Shown here one piece after another: positions 17,956 through 27,583 of a stretch of DNA of 64,000 bases (its first letter is position 1; the number at the start of each line of letters is the position of its first letter). A program made the position numbers and the translations under genes. The notes under the pieces are model-generated. The model saw nothing but the letters and a program-made list of their open reading frames with translations. It was not told where the DNA came from and did not search any database. Origin of the DNA: Acidimicrobiia bacterium (lineage in GTDB: Bacteria > Actinomycetota > Acidimicrobiia > Spongiisociales > ZC4RG35); assembly GCA_041744375.1 (NCBI GenBank), contig JBGTLA010000109.1, positions 4,553-68,552 on the forward strand, written 5' to 3'.

Positions 17956-19395
17956 TCAGGGATAGCGCACCGGGGTGGTGGTGCGGGGGAGGCGGGACAC
18001 ATCAACGGGGCACACTCCGGGAGCGTCGACCTCGATGACGGTTCTGGCGACGTCACCGAAGGCGGATCGCCAGGCCACCGCTCCCTTGGCAGAGATGACC
18101 GACGCCCGGGCCGGGTCGATACCCAGGTGGGTCACCTGTTCGACATGGAAGGGCGGAGTAGGGACGGTGGTGACGACCAGGTCGATTCCTCCGACTCCCA
18201 ACCAGGCGGTCAGCCCCATCGAGTACTGCTGACCGGTGCCCCACGATCCCCCCGAGGTGTAGCGGCCGTCGGACAACCCCTCGACGGTGGCGACGATCTC
18301 CACCGGGTCGCCGTGGAGCTCGTCGGTCTTGCCGCCCACCTCGGCCCTCAGGGTGGCACCGATGCCCGCTTCGTGGGCTGCGGCGGCCACGTCACCGTCG
18401 GCGATGACGACGAGCGCTCCCACCGCTTCCTGTTCCAGGAGTTGGGCCAAGAGGGCGGTGCCGTCGCCGGCGGAACCTCCCCCGATGTTGTCGGCGACGT
18501 CGGCCAGGACCACCGGCCGGTCGGAGGCGACGAGGGCCTCGGTCACGGCGTCGGCGGGCCCGGGTCGTTCCAGGGTGAAGTCGTCGACGACCTTGTCGAC
18601 GGCGGCAAGGACCTCGCCGATGAGGGAGTCGGCGGCCGCCCCGTTGTCGGCGCCGGTCGTGGCCAAGACACTGATGCCGGCCCGCTCGGTGTCGGAGTAG
18701 GCGAAACCCCCGGTGATGCATACCCGCTCCACACCCAACCGGCGTGCGGCGGCCTGCGCCGAATGGAACAGCGACGCCATGGGGTCGGCAGCGGTCCACT
18801 GCGACAAGGGCGTGACTAGGAGTGGGTGTTTACCGATGCGGGTCCTGGGCCGCTCTCCTGCCAGCAGGCGCATCATCCACCCGGTCGCCTCGGCGCCTCG
18901 TTCGTACATGTCGACATGGGGGTACGTGTCGTATCCGATGACTACATCGGCGTCGTCGATGAAGTTCACCGACGGATTGGCGTGGAAGTCGACCACCGCC
19001 ACCACCGGGGCGTCGGCGGTAACCGAACGGATGGCGGCGATGGCGTCACCTTCCATGTCGGGGCGGCCGTCGGCCACCATGGCCCCATGCAGGTTGGCGA
19101 GGACCCCGTCGAGGGGCCCGGCCGCCGCCAGCCCGTCGGTGAGCATGCCCAGGAGTCGCTCGGCGGCGTCGGCGGTGACAGTCCCGGCGGGCCACGCTCC
19201 TGCTGAGAAGATCGGTACCAGTTCGAAATCGGAGCCGTCGAGAAAACCTCCGACGACGGTGCGGGTTCCGGCGTGACGCTCGAAGATGGCGGGGCCCCAG
19301 TCGAGCTCGAAGTCTGCGAACGAGCCAAGGGTGGTGGGGCGCGACGAGTAGGTGTTGGTCTCGTGCCAGAGGCCCACCACTCCGACCCGGGTCAC
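17956..19395 (-). CDS. M81-family metallopeptidase (MlrC / microcystinase-C-like)
   Basis: The real start is a GTG overlapping the upstream TGA (GTGA). N-terminal VTRVGVVGLWHETNTYS matches the MlrC/DUF1485 start. The track ORF has a spurious 198-aa Arg-rich extension. Confidence 0.75.
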   Translation of the reverse strand: MTRVGVVGLWHETNTYSSRPTTLGSFADFELDWGPAIFERHAGTRTVVGGFLDGSDFELVPIFSAGAWPAGTVTADAAERLLGMLTDGLAAAGPLDGVLANLHGAMVADGRPDMEGDAIAAIRSVTADAPVVAVVDFHANPSVNFIDDADVVIGYDTYPHVDMYERGAEATGWMMRLLAGERPRTRIGKHPLLVTPLSQWTAADPMASLFHSAQAAARRLGVERVCITGGFAYSDTERAGISVLATTGADNGAAADSLIGEVLAAVDKVVDDFTLERPGPADAVTEALVASDRPVVLADVADNIGGGSAGDGTALLAQLLEQEAVGALVVIADGDVAAAAHEAGIGATLRAEVGGKTDELHGDPVEIVATVEGLSDGRYTSGGSWGTGQQYSMGLTAWLGVGGIDLVVTTVPTPPFHVEQVTHLGIDPARASVISAKGAVAWRSAFGDVARTVIEVDAPGVCPVDVSRLPRTTTPVRYP

Positions 19396-20663
19396 GACAC
19401 CGTCGCTTTCATGGCGGCATCGACGCGCTGGAGGGTCTCGTCGATGTCGGCGTCGTCGTGGGCGGCCGACAGGTACCAGATTCCCCGGCCCGCCACCCAC
19501 ACCCCGTGGGCGATGAGAGTGTGGGAGAAGGCGGCGTAGGCGTCGGCGTCGAGACGCCCGAGGGAGCGGTAATCGGTGACGGGCCCCGCCCCGAAACCGG
19601 CATGGAAAGCCATCGGCACACCCTGGATGTTGAGATCGAGGCCGTGGCCGATCGCCAGCTCCGCCAGGCCGTCCTTGAGCCGTGTGCCCAGTTGAGCGAT
19701 TCGCTCGTACGGCGGGTCGGCGGCCAGTCGGTGCAGGGTGGCGGCGGTGGCGGCACAGGCCATGACCGAGGCGTTGAAGGTGCCGGAATGGTTGACCTCG
19801 CCGGTGCCGAACCGTTCCATCATGGCGCCGGTGCCCGCTAGAGCCGACACCGGCCACCCCCCCGCCATCGCTTTGCCATAGGTGGCCATGTCGGGGGTCA
19901 CTCCGTACCGCTGGGCAGCGCCGCCGGCCGCGACCCGAAAGCCCGAGATGACCTCGTCGAAGATGAGGACCACCCCGGCGGCGTCGCACACCGCTCGCAC
20001 CCCTTCCAGATAGTTGGGGAGAGGCTCGATCGACCCGGCATTGAGCATCGTCGGTTCCATCAGCACGGCCGCGATGTCATCGTGGCGGGCGAGCACCGCC
20101 TCGACGGCGGCTAGGTCGTTCCAAGGCAACATGATGGAATCCTCCAGGTGGGAAGCGAGTTGCCCGGCCGAGGCGGGAACGGCGCGGCCGTTTTCGACGG
20201 CTGCGAGGGTGTTGTCGAGCCAGCCGTGGTAGTGGCCTTCGAAACGCACGAAGCGTGGGCGGCCGGTGACGGCGCGGGCCATGCGCAGCGCCGCCTGGAT
20301 CGATTCGGTACCCGAGACACCGAACCGCACCTTGTCGGGCCAGCCGAGGGCGTCGATCATGAGCTCGGCGGCTTCCAGCTCGAGGGGGTGCTGAGCACCG
20401 TAGACCATCCCCCGGCGGGTGGCGGCGTCGACGGCGTCGAGGATGTCGGCGGGGGCGTGACCCAAGAAGTTGGGCCCCTGGCCCAATAGATAGTCGACGT
20501 ACTCGTTGCCGTCTATATCGACGAGCCGCGACCCCGACCCGTGGTCGAAGAACACGGCCGGGGCGAGCAGGCGGACGTTGGAGTTGACTCCGCCCGGCAG
20601 CACCCGTTGGGCCCGGGACCGCAGCTCGGCGGATCGTTCGGTTTGATAGGGACCGGAGGTCAT
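19392..20663 (-). CDS. Class III (GSA-like) PLP-dependent aminotransferase
   Basis: 423 aa. GGVNSNVR...FDHGSGSRLVDIDGNEYVDY; the PLP-Lys region ATYGKAMAGGWP; strong family resemblance. Confidence 0.85.
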   Translation of the reverse strand: MTSGPYQTERSAELRSRAQRVLPGGVNSNVRLLAPAVFFDHGSGSRLVDIDGNEYVDYLLGQGPNFLGHAPADILDAVDAATRRGMVYGAQHPLELEAAELMIDALGWPDKVRFGVSGTESIQAALRMARAVTGRPRFVRFEGHYHGWLDNTLAAVENGRAVPASAGQLASHLEDSIMLPWNDLAAVEAVLARHDDIAAVLMEPTMLNAGSIEPLPNYLEGVRAVCDAAGVVLIFDEVISGFRVAAGGAAQRYGVTPDMATYGKAMAGGWPVSALAGTGAMMERFGTGEVNHSGTFNASVMACAATAATLHRLAADPPYERIAQLGTRLKDGLAELAIGHGLDLNIQGVPMAFHAGFGAGPVTDYRSLGRLDADAYAAFSHTLIAHGVWVAGRGIWYLSAAHDDADIDETLQRVDAAMKATVS

Positions 20664-20694
20664 CGCTTCCTTTCTCGTCGGGTGAACCTTGTGG

Positions 20695-22140
20695 TCATGT
20701 CACATCCAGGTTGATGGTCTTGAGCTGGGTCATCTCGAGCAGCGTCCACCGACCCCCCAACCGCCCCACTCCACTCTGTTTTCCGCTGAACCCGCCGAAC
20801 GGAGTGTGAGGCTGCCAGTAGGCAGTGGTCTCGTTTACGTTGACGACCCCGGTGTGGAGCGCCTCGGCCACCCGCATGGCTCGGCCGATATCGCGAGTGA
20901 AGACGCTGCCGACCAGTCCGGTCTCGGAGCGGTTGGCGTCAGCGATCGCTTCCTCCTCGTCGGCAAAGGTCATGACCGGCGCCACCGGCCCGAACGTCTC
21001 CTCGGTCTCGATGAGCATGCCGGGGCGGATCCCGTCGACGACGGTGGGTTGGTAGTAGAGGGAGGTGGGGTGGCCGTGGGCGCGGGCCCCGCCGGCGACC
21101 ACGACAGCGCCCTTGTCGGTCGCGTCGGCGAGATGGGCGTCGATGCGAGCGGCACCAGCCTCGGAGGTCAACGGTCCGAGGGTGGTCCCTGCGTCGAAGG
21201 GCGAGCCCAAGCGGAGGCGGTGCGCCGTTTCCACGAGACCGGAGACAACCCGGTCGTGGACCGCTTCGTGGACGAGGATCCTCTCGACCGAGTCACAGAT
21301 CTGGCCGGCGTTGGCGAAACAGCCCACCTCCAGCTTGGCGACGACGGCGTCGATGTCGGCGTCGTCGAAGACGATCACCGGGCAGTTGCCGCCCAATTCC
21401 AACAGCATGGGCTTCCCCGCCGCTGCCTCTGCCACCAGACGCCCGGTGCGGCTGCTGCCGGTGAAACCAACGGCGACGATCCCGGGGTGGGCGGCTATTC
21501 CACCGCCCATCCCCGCCGGGTCACCGTGGAGGAGGTTGAGGGTGCCGGCCGGGACGCCGGCGTCGACGAAGCAGCGGGCCAGGTGCCAGGCCGATATGGG
21601 AGTGAGCTCGGACGGCTTCCATACCATGGCGTTGCCTGTGGCGAGCCCGGCACTGAGGTACTCCGACGGGATGGTGACGGGAAAGTTCCAGGGAGTCAGC
21701 AGCCCGTACACCCCGCGCGGCTGGCGAATGGTCAGGACCCGTTTGGCCGGATCGGAGCTGGGGATGACCGACGTCTCCAGACGTTTGATGCCTTCAGCGG
21801 CATCTCGGAACATCTCCACTGCCGCCGCCACTTCGGGGAGCGCCTCGGCGTGCAGCGGTTTTCCCTGTTCGGTGGAGACGTCCCAGGCGATCTCTGAGGC
21901 GCGTTCTTCCAGGAGGTCGGCGACTCGGTGGGTGAGCTCTGCTCGCTCGAAGGCGGTCATTGCCGCCAGGGCCCGGTGCGCCGACCAGGCGGCTGCGGTG
22001 GCCTGGTCGAGTTGGGCGGCGTCGCCCTGGTGGACGTCGGCCACCACCTCGCCCGAGGCGGGGCTCGTCACAGGGAGCGGGCCGGCGGCGGCGCCGGGAC
22101 GCCATACGTTGTCGATGAGCAGCTCGAGGGTACGGGTCAT
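20695..22140 (-). CDS. NAD(P)-dependent aldehyde dehydrogenase
   Basis: 481 aa. ALDH glutamate/cysteine blocks (LELGGNCPVIVFDDAD; FANAGQICDSVERILV). Confidence 0.9.
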   Translation of the reverse strand: MTRTLELLIDNVWRPGAAAGPLPVTSPASGEVVADVHQGDAAQLDQATAAAWSAHRALAAMTAFERAELTHRVADLLEERASEIAWDVSTEQGKPLHAEALPEVAAAVEMFRDAAEGIKRLETSVIPSSDPAKRVLTIRQPRGVYGLLTPWNFPVTIPSEYLSAGLATGNAMVWKPSELTPISAWHLARCFVDAGVPAGTLNLLHGDPAGMGGGIAAHPGIVAVGFTGSSRTGRLVAEAAAGKPMLLELGGNCPVIVFDDADIDAVVAKLEVGCFANAGQICDSVERILVHEAVHDRVVSGLVETAHRLRLGSPFDAGTTLGPLTSEAGAARIDAHLADATDKGAVVVAGGARAHGHPTSLYYQPTVVDGIRPGMLIETEETFGPVAPVMTFADEEEAIADANRSETGLVGSVFTRDIGRAMRVAEALHTGVVNVNETTAYWQPHTPFGGFSGKQSGVGRLGGRWTLLEMTQLKTINLDVT

Positions 22141-22904
22141 GTCATTTCTCCCGGGAGGGACCGCTCGGCGAGGCGGCGAGCAAACCCGAGAGCCCGTTCC
22201 ACCACCAACTCGACGATTGTGCGCCCGGCCTCTTCACTGGCGAGGCGAGCATCGCCCAGGGCGCCGTCGTCGCTCCACTCTTCGAACCAGACCGCCTGGT
22301 CGACAACGGGCCGGGGCGGGTCTATCAGTTCCTCGACCTGGTAACGGCCGCCGGGCTCCGCGATCTTCTCGGGACGGACCCGGTCGGGCACGAGCGCCAT
22401 CGCCACCGATGTCTCCACCTCGCAGGCGTGGCCGTAGGCGGGACTGCGGGCGATGTCGGCGGCGGCATCGGCGGCGATGATCGCCCACATCACCGAAGCC
22501 ACCAGCATCCCGTGGTCACGGCGAGCGGCACGCCCGGCCAGGCTGAGAGCGTCGATATTGCCTCCGTGGCCGTTGACGAAGAGCACCCGGCCGATGCCGT
22601 GGTGCGCCAGGCTCTCGAGGATGTCCCCCACAACGGCCAGGTAGGTGGCAGGGCGGAGGGTGAGGGTGCCGGCGAAGGAGAGATGATGCTCGGAGAGGCC
22701 GTAGCCGAGGAGCGGACACAACACGGCCTCGTCCCCTAACTCGGAGGCGAGACGGCGGGCGATGGCCTCGGCCACGGCCGCATCGGTGTCCAAGGTGAGG
22801 TGGGGACCGTGCTGTTCGCAGCTCCCCACCGGGACGATGGCGATGCGGGCACCGGCCAGCGCCTGGGCGGCATCGGTTGTCGTCATGCGGGCCAATTCGT
22901 TCAT
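22137..22904 (-). CDS. Creatininase-family amidohydrolase
   Basis: IAIVPVGSCEQHGPHLTLDTD and VNGHGGN motifs. Start taken at the ATG (MNELARM) just downstream of the IclR gene's stop (overlapping by 4 nt); the track ORF is extended by an Arg-rich run. Confidence 0.8.
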   Translation of the reverse strand: MNELARMTTTDAAQALAGARIAIVPVGSCEQHGPHLTLDTDAAVAEAIARRLASELGDEAVLCPLLGYGLSEHHLSFAGTLTLRPATYLAVVGDILESLAHHGIGRVLFVNGHGGNIDALSLAGRAARRDHGMLVASVMWAIIAADAAADIARSPAYGHACEVETSVAMALVPDRVRPEKIAEPGGRYQVEELIDPPRPVVDQAVWFEEWSDDGALGDARLASEEAGRTIVELVVERALGFARRLAERSLPGEMT

Positions 22905-23647
22905 TTGACATCTCCTGCGATTCTGCGGGCGGCCTCGGCCAACACTTCGAAGGCGTCTTTCGCCTCCTGATCCGAGAAGCGAGCGGCGGGAGCGCTGAGG
23001 CTGAGCGCCGCCGGGAAGGCCACCCCGGCGATGGGAACCGCCACGCACCGTCCCTCGGCCTCGTTCTCCCCGTCGTCGATGGCGTAGCCGACTTCGCGGC
23101 TGTGGCGGATGGTTTCGATGAAGCGGTCGGGATCGGTGATGGTGCGGGCGGTGCGGGCGGGCATGCCCTCGGCCTCGAGTATGGCGGCCACCTCCTGGTC
23201 TTCGAGAAGCATGGATATGGCTTTGCCGAGGCCGGTGGAATGGATCGGCTCGTGATCACCCTTGCGGGCCACGAAACGCATGCTGTGGCGGCTCTCGACG
23301 ATCTCGAGGTAGACGACTCGCGAGCCGTCGAGCACACCCAGGTTGACGGTCTCGCCGAAGCGGTCGCGCACCTCCTCGAGGATGGGGCGAGCGCGCAAGG
23401 CGAGAAGACTGAGATGACGCACGTCCGATGACAGGAACGCCGGACCGAGGTGGTACGAGCCGCCGTCGTTGCGCTCCACGTAGCCGCGGGCCTCGAGGGT
23501 GGCGAGGTAGCGGAAAACGGAACTGCGGGGCATGTCGGTGATGGCGGCGAGTTGAGCGAGGGTGGCGCCATCGTTGTTGTTGCGCAACAGGTCTAACAGG
23601 TCGAGAACCCGGGTGACGGAGCGGACGGCGTAGCGAGAGTCGGTCAC
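22901..23647 (-). CDS. IclR-family transcriptional regulator
   Basis: 248 aa. N-terminal wHTH (SVTRVLDLLDLL...ATLAQLAAITDMPRSSVFRYLATLEARGYV) plus a C-terminal IclR effector domain. Confidence 0.85.
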   Translation of the reverse strand: MTDSRYAVRSVTRVLDLLDLLRNNNDGATLAQLAAITDMPRSSVFRYLATLEARGYVERNDGGSYHLGPAFLSSDVRHLSLLALRARPILEEVRDRFGETVNLGVLDGSRVVYLEIVESRHSMRFVARKGDHEPIHSTGLGKAISMLLEDQEVAAILEAEGMPARTARTITDPDRFIETIRHSREVGYAIDDGENEAEGRCVAVPIAGVAFPAALSLSAPAARFSDQEAKDAFEVLAEAARRIAGDVK

Positions 23648-24645
23648 GGCGTCACCAGCTCCCCCGTGTCGGCCGCCTGTTCCATCGCCAGCGCCACCCG
23701 CAGCGCTTCGGTGCCGTCGGCGGCGGTGCAGACCGGGGTGCTATCGCCCCGGACGCAGCGGATGAAGTGGTCGGCTTCGATGCCCATGGCGCCGCCCATG
23801 ATGCCGTGGAGGTCGGGCGAGTACCCGACGTCGTCGTCGGCCGGCCCGTCGGCCAGGACCTTGAGGTACCCGGTGGTGCCCTGGGCGACCGAGAGCATCC
23901 CCGACTGACCGATGACGGTGAACCCCGCCGAGCCGTACCCGGGGGTGCGGGACGGCAGCGACCACCCGATCTGGGCGGTGCCGTGGGCACCGCCTGAGAA
24001 TCGCAGCCCTACCGAGTACAGGTCCTCGACGTCGTGGCCGTGAGACGCCACCACCCCCGAGCTGCGGGCCGCCCACACCTCGGCGACGTCGCCGGCATAC
24101 CAGCGGGCCAGATCGAACTCATGGACGCCGTAGTAGAGGGCGATGGAGGTGCGACCGCCGAGGATGTCCTGGTCAGACACGAGCCCGATCCGTTCGCTAC
24201 GGATGGCTTGCACCGCCCCGATCTCTCCGTTGCCGACAGCCCGATGGATGGCGGCGTAACGGGGCTCGAAACGGAGGATGTGGGCGGCGAGGACCGGCAC
24301 CCCAGCCGCGTCGGCGGCTGCCCGGATCGCCTCGGCGTCGGCGACGGTGTGGGCGATGGGCTTTTCGATCGCCACCGCCTTGCCGGCGGCCACGGCGGCC
24401 AGGGCGACATCGGTGTGGAGGTGCTCGGGGGTGGCCACCACGACCCCGTCCACCCGAGGGTGGGAGGCGGCCTCCAGAGGATCAGTGACAGCGGAGGCGC
24501 CGTAGTGGTCGGCGGCCGTGTCAGCCACGTCGGAACGGATGTCGGACACGATCGCCAGGTCGGCAGCGCCGTTCTCGGCGACGGTCCGGCACCAGCGGCC
24601 GCCCATGAAACCCAGTCCGATGACGGCGATCCGTGGCTTGGTCAA
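23644..24645 (-). CDS. Gfo/Idh/MocA-family NAD(P)-dependent oxidoreductase
   Basis: PRIAVIGLGFMGG Rossmann start and EKP catalytic block (AVAIEKPIA). TTG start preceded by GGAGGA. Confidence 0.8.
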   Translation of the reverse strand: MTKPRIAVIGLGFMGGRWCRTVAENGAADLAIVSDIRSDVADTAADHYGASAVTDPLEAASHPRVDGVVVATPEHLHTDVALAAVAAGKAVAIEKPIAHTVADAEAIRAAADAAGVPVLAAHILRFEPRYAAIHRAVGNGEIGAVQAIRSERIGLVSDQDILGGRTSIALYYGVHEFDLARWYAGDVAEVWAARSSGVVASHGHDVEDLYSVGLRFSGGAHGTAQIGWSLPSRTPGYGSAGFTVIGQSGMLSVAQGTTGYLKVLADGPADDDVGYSPDLHGIMGGAMGIEADHFIRCVRGDSTPVCTAADGTEALRVALAMEQAADTGELVTP

Positions 24646-25643
24646 CGTGGTCCTCCGCTGGTAGCTATGGGCTGTCCGAGGCGTTCGGGCACCTGGGACG
24701 CGAAATGACAGGCTGCCCAACGCCCTGGCTCCCACTCGGCCAAATCGGGCCGATCGGTGGCGCACACAGGCTGGGCCATCGGGCAGCGGGGCGCAAAGGC
24801 GCAGCCACCCACGATATCGCTGTGGTTGGGGGACTCGATGTCGATGCGAACGGTGACCCCCTCGGCGGAGATCTTGGGGACCGCCGACAAGAGTCCCACC
24901 GTGTACGGGTGGAGAGGGCGGATGGCGAGCTCAGGGGCGGCGCCCATCTCGACGATGCGGCCCAGGTACATGACCGCCACCCGGTGGCTCATGTAGCGGA
25001 CCACACCGAGGTCGTGGGAGATGAAGAGGTAAGCGAGGCCCCGTTCCGCCTGCAGGTCCTTCAACAGGTTGAGGATCTGGGCCTGGACGGACACGTCGAG
25101 GGCCGAGACGGCTTCGTCGGCGACGATGAGCGAAGGCTCCACCGCCAGCGCCCGGGCGATGCTGACCCGTTGCCGCTGTCCGCCCGACAACTGATGGGGG
25201 AAGGACCGGGCAAGGTCGACCGACAGGCCGACGGCGGAGAGCAACGATCCCACCCGCTCTCCGATCTCGGAGCGGGGGACGACGTGGTGGATGAGGAGCG
25301 GCTCGGCCAGGATGCGGCCCACCCGCATCCGTGGGGGCAGCGACGAGTAAGGGTCCTGGAAGACGATCTGCGCCCGGCGCCGAAGCAGGGAGGTGTCGTC
25401 GGCGCCCACCACGGCGCCGTCGAACACGACCTCGCCAGAGGTTGGCTCGAGAAGCCGGAGGACGGTGCGACCGAGTGTCGACTTGCCACAGCCGCTCTCG
25501 CCGACGAGACCCAGTGTCTCGCCGGGCGCAATGTCGAAGGAGACGTCTTCGACGGCGCGTATGGTCGAGCCCTGCTTCTTTCCGACGGACCTAACCGTGA
25601 ACTCCTTGGACAGATGGCGGACTTCGAGGAGAGGGGTGGTCAC
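24642..25643 (-). CDS. Peptide/nickel (Dpp/Opp-type) ABC transporter ATP-binding protein
   Basis: Walker A GESGCGKST, signature LSGGQRQR, and a C-terminal oligopeptide-ABC tail with Cys cluster. GTG start overlaps the upstream TGA. Confidence 0.85.
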   Translation of the reverse strand: MTTPLLEVRHLSKEFTVRSVGKKQGSTIRAVEDVSFDIAPGETLGLVGESGCGKSTLGRTVLRLLEPTSGEVVFDGAVVGADDTSLLRRRAQIVFQDPYSSLPPRMRVGRILAEPLLIHHVVPRSEIGERVGSLLSAVGLSVDLARSFPHQLSGGQRQRVSIARALAVEPSLIVADEAVSALDVSVQAQILNLLKDLQAERGLAYLFISHDLGVVRYMSHRVAVMYLGRIVEMGAAPELAIRPLHPYTVGLLSAVPKISAEGVTVRIDIESPNHSDIVGGCAFAPRCPMAQPVCATDRPDLAEWEPGRWAACHFASQVPERLGQPIATSGGPR

Positions 25644-27583
25644 GAGGTCACCGCCTCGACCGGTTGGGGGGCCCACAGGTGACAGGCGGCCAGGTGGCCG
25701 GGGCCTATGTCGAAACGGGGCGGGACCACATCGCGACAGACGTCCATCACTTCGGGGCAGCGGGCGGCGAAGGGACAGCCAACCCGGTCCTGGCGGGGGT
25801 CGGGCAGCTCACCGGGGATGGCCTCGAGGCGCTCTGCGGCGTTCTCGACACGGGGCACCGATTGGAGCAGGGCACGCGTGTACGGGTGGTGAGGGGAGGC
25901 GATGACCCGGCGCACCGGGCCGTACTCGCACACTTCGCCGGCGTACAGGACCAACATGGTGTCGGCGTATTCGGAGACAAGGGCGATGTCGTGGGTGATG
26001 AGGAGGAGGCTGATGTCGTCGCGCTCGGTCAGCTCGACGAGCCGACTGAGGATCTGGGCCTGCGTTGTCGTGTCGAGGGCGGTGGTGGGCTCGTCGGCGA
26101 TGAGGAGGCGGGGCCGGGCAGCGAGGGTCATGGCGATCATGACCCGCTGGTTCATTCCCCCCGAGAGCTGGAACGGATACTGGCGGCTGATGCGCTCGGG
26201 GTCGGCGATCCCCACCATCTGGAGCGCTCGGCGGGCCACATCCGCGACGGTGCCCCGGTCGGCGTCGGTGACGTGACGGATCGCCTCGCGCAGTTGGAAC
26301 CCGATCGTGAGGACGGGGTTGAGGGAGGCGGCGGGGTTTTGGAAGATCATGGCCACCTGCCGTCCCCGCAAGGCGGCCATGCGCCGGTCGCCTATTCGGG
26401 CCAGGTCGTCGCCGTCGAACACGACACTGCCGGCGCTGACCCGGCCGGGCGGGTCGAGGAGCTGGATGACGGCGGCGGCGGTCACCGACTTGCCGGAGCC
26501 GCTCTCGCCCACCACTCCCAGCGTCTCACCACCGGCGAGATCGAAGTCGATACCGCGCACGGCCTTCAGGGTCCCTCCGGGGAGTGGGAACTCGACGTGG
26601 AGCCCGCGCACGGCGAGCAGGCGCTCGCCGTCGGAGTCGACGGCGGGAGCGGGGGTGGTAGGGCGCAGGCGACGGAACCCGCCTCGGACATGACGAGTGT
26701 CGAACACCGACGCCAGGCCATCGCCCAGCAGGTTGATGGACAGGACAGTGATCATGATGGCCAGGCCGGGGAGGATGGGCAGCCACGCCGACACCACCAT
26801 GTTGCGACGGCCGTCGGCGAGAATTCCGCCCCACGTGGCCGCCGGTGGGGGCAACCCCAGGCCCAAAAAGCTGAGAGTCGATTCCATGATGATGAGGAAT
26901 CCCACATCCAACAGAGCGATGACCGGCACCACCTGCCACACGGACGGGAACACGTAGCGGAACAGGCGCCGCCACGGCCCCGCCCCCAGGGCGGTGGCGG
27001 CAGCGACATAGTCCTTCTCCTTCTCGGCCAGGACGCGGCTGCGCACCACCCGGGCATAGATGATCCACCCGGGGATGCCCAACACCACCACCAGCAGCAG
27101 GGCGCCGCGGTTGGCGACTACCCCGAGGATGGCGATGGCCAAGAGGATGAAGGGGAAAGCGAGCTGGACGTCGCCCAGGCGCATGAGGACAGAATCGACC
27201 TTCCCGCCGAAGAAACCTGCCAACAGCCCGGTGGCGAGGCCGAGGGAGGATCCGAGGAGCATGGCCGAGAAGGCGATGAAAAGGGAGTTGCGGGCGCCGA
27301 AGAGGAGGCGGCTGGCCACGTCGCGTCCCAACACATCGGTGCCCAACAGGTGCTCGGTGTTCCCGCCCGCCCAGATCGGCGGGGCGAGGATGTTGGCCAG
27401 GTTCTGGGCGGAGGGGTCGTAGGGGGCGATGACAGGGGCGAAGAGGGCGGCAGTGCCGATCAGGGTGATCCCGAGCGCGCCTATGAGGAGTAGGGGGCTG
27501 CGGAGGATGCGCCGCCCGGCACCACCGACGGCTGAGCGCGCCGATGGGGCGCTTAGTTCGACGGCGCCGAGGGCGTCGCTCAT
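25640..27583 (-). CDS. Fused Dpp/Opp-type ABC permease (DppC-like) and ATP-binding (DppD-like) protein
   Basis: 647 aa. N-terminal 6-TM permease with the EAA-like region. C-terminal ATPase (GESGSGKS; LSGGMNQR; LLIADEPTTALD). Confidence 0.85.
   Translation of the reverse strand: MSDALGAVELSAPSARSAVGGAGRRILRSPLLLIGALGITLIGTAALFAPVIAPYDPSAQNLANILAPPIWAGGNTEHLLGTDVLGRDVASRLLFGARNSLFIAFSAMLLGSSLGLATGLLAGFFGGKVDSVLMRLGDVQLAFPFILLAIAILGVVANRGALLLVVVLGIPGWIIYARVVRSRVLAEKEKDYVAAATALGAGPWRRLFRYVFPSVWQVVPVIALLDVGFLIIMESTLSFLGLGLPPPAATWGGILADGRRNMVVSAWLPILPGLAIMITVLSINLLGDGLASVFDTRHVRGGFRRLRPTTPAPAVDSDGERLLAVRGLHVEFPLPGGTLKAVRGIDFDLAGGETLGVVGESGSGKSVTAAAVIQLLDPPGRVSAGSVVFDGDDLARIGDRRMAALRGRQVAMIFQNPAASLNPVLTIGFQLREAIRHVTDADRGTVADVARRALQMVGIADPERISRQYPFQLSGGMNQRVMIAMTLAARPRLLIADEPTTALDTTTQAQILSRLVELTERDDISLLLITHDIALVSEYADTMLVLYAGEVCEYGPVRRVIASPHHPYTRALLQSVPRVENAAERLEAIPGELPDPRQDRVGCPFAARCPEVMDVCRDVVPPRFDIGPGHLAACHLWAPQPVEAVTS

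Noticed and set aside
17956-19989. Very long N-terminal extensions of track ORFs (17956-19989, 22137-23048, 32167-34221, 48157-51888, 55042-57537, 30438-31571, 46089-48299).
   Set aside because: The extensions are Arg-rich junk that overlaps the upstream gene. In each case an in-frame GTG/ATG/TTG at a 4-nt stop-start overlap, or after an SD sequence, gives a protein whose N-terminus matches the family consensus. Genes are reported with the shorter starts.
20689-21897. 402-aa plus-strand ORF antisense to the aldehyde dehydrogenase gene. Similar long antisense or alternate-frame ORFs occur at 14259-15617, 21065-22480, 25664-27493, 47986-49584, 53314-54465 and 56745-57788.
   Set aside because: These ORFs are Arg/Gly/Pro/His-rich, low-complexity translations, typical of stop-codon-poor antisense frames in DNA of about 70% GC. 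Each overlaps a gene with clear family motifs on the other strand, and none shows any motif of its own.
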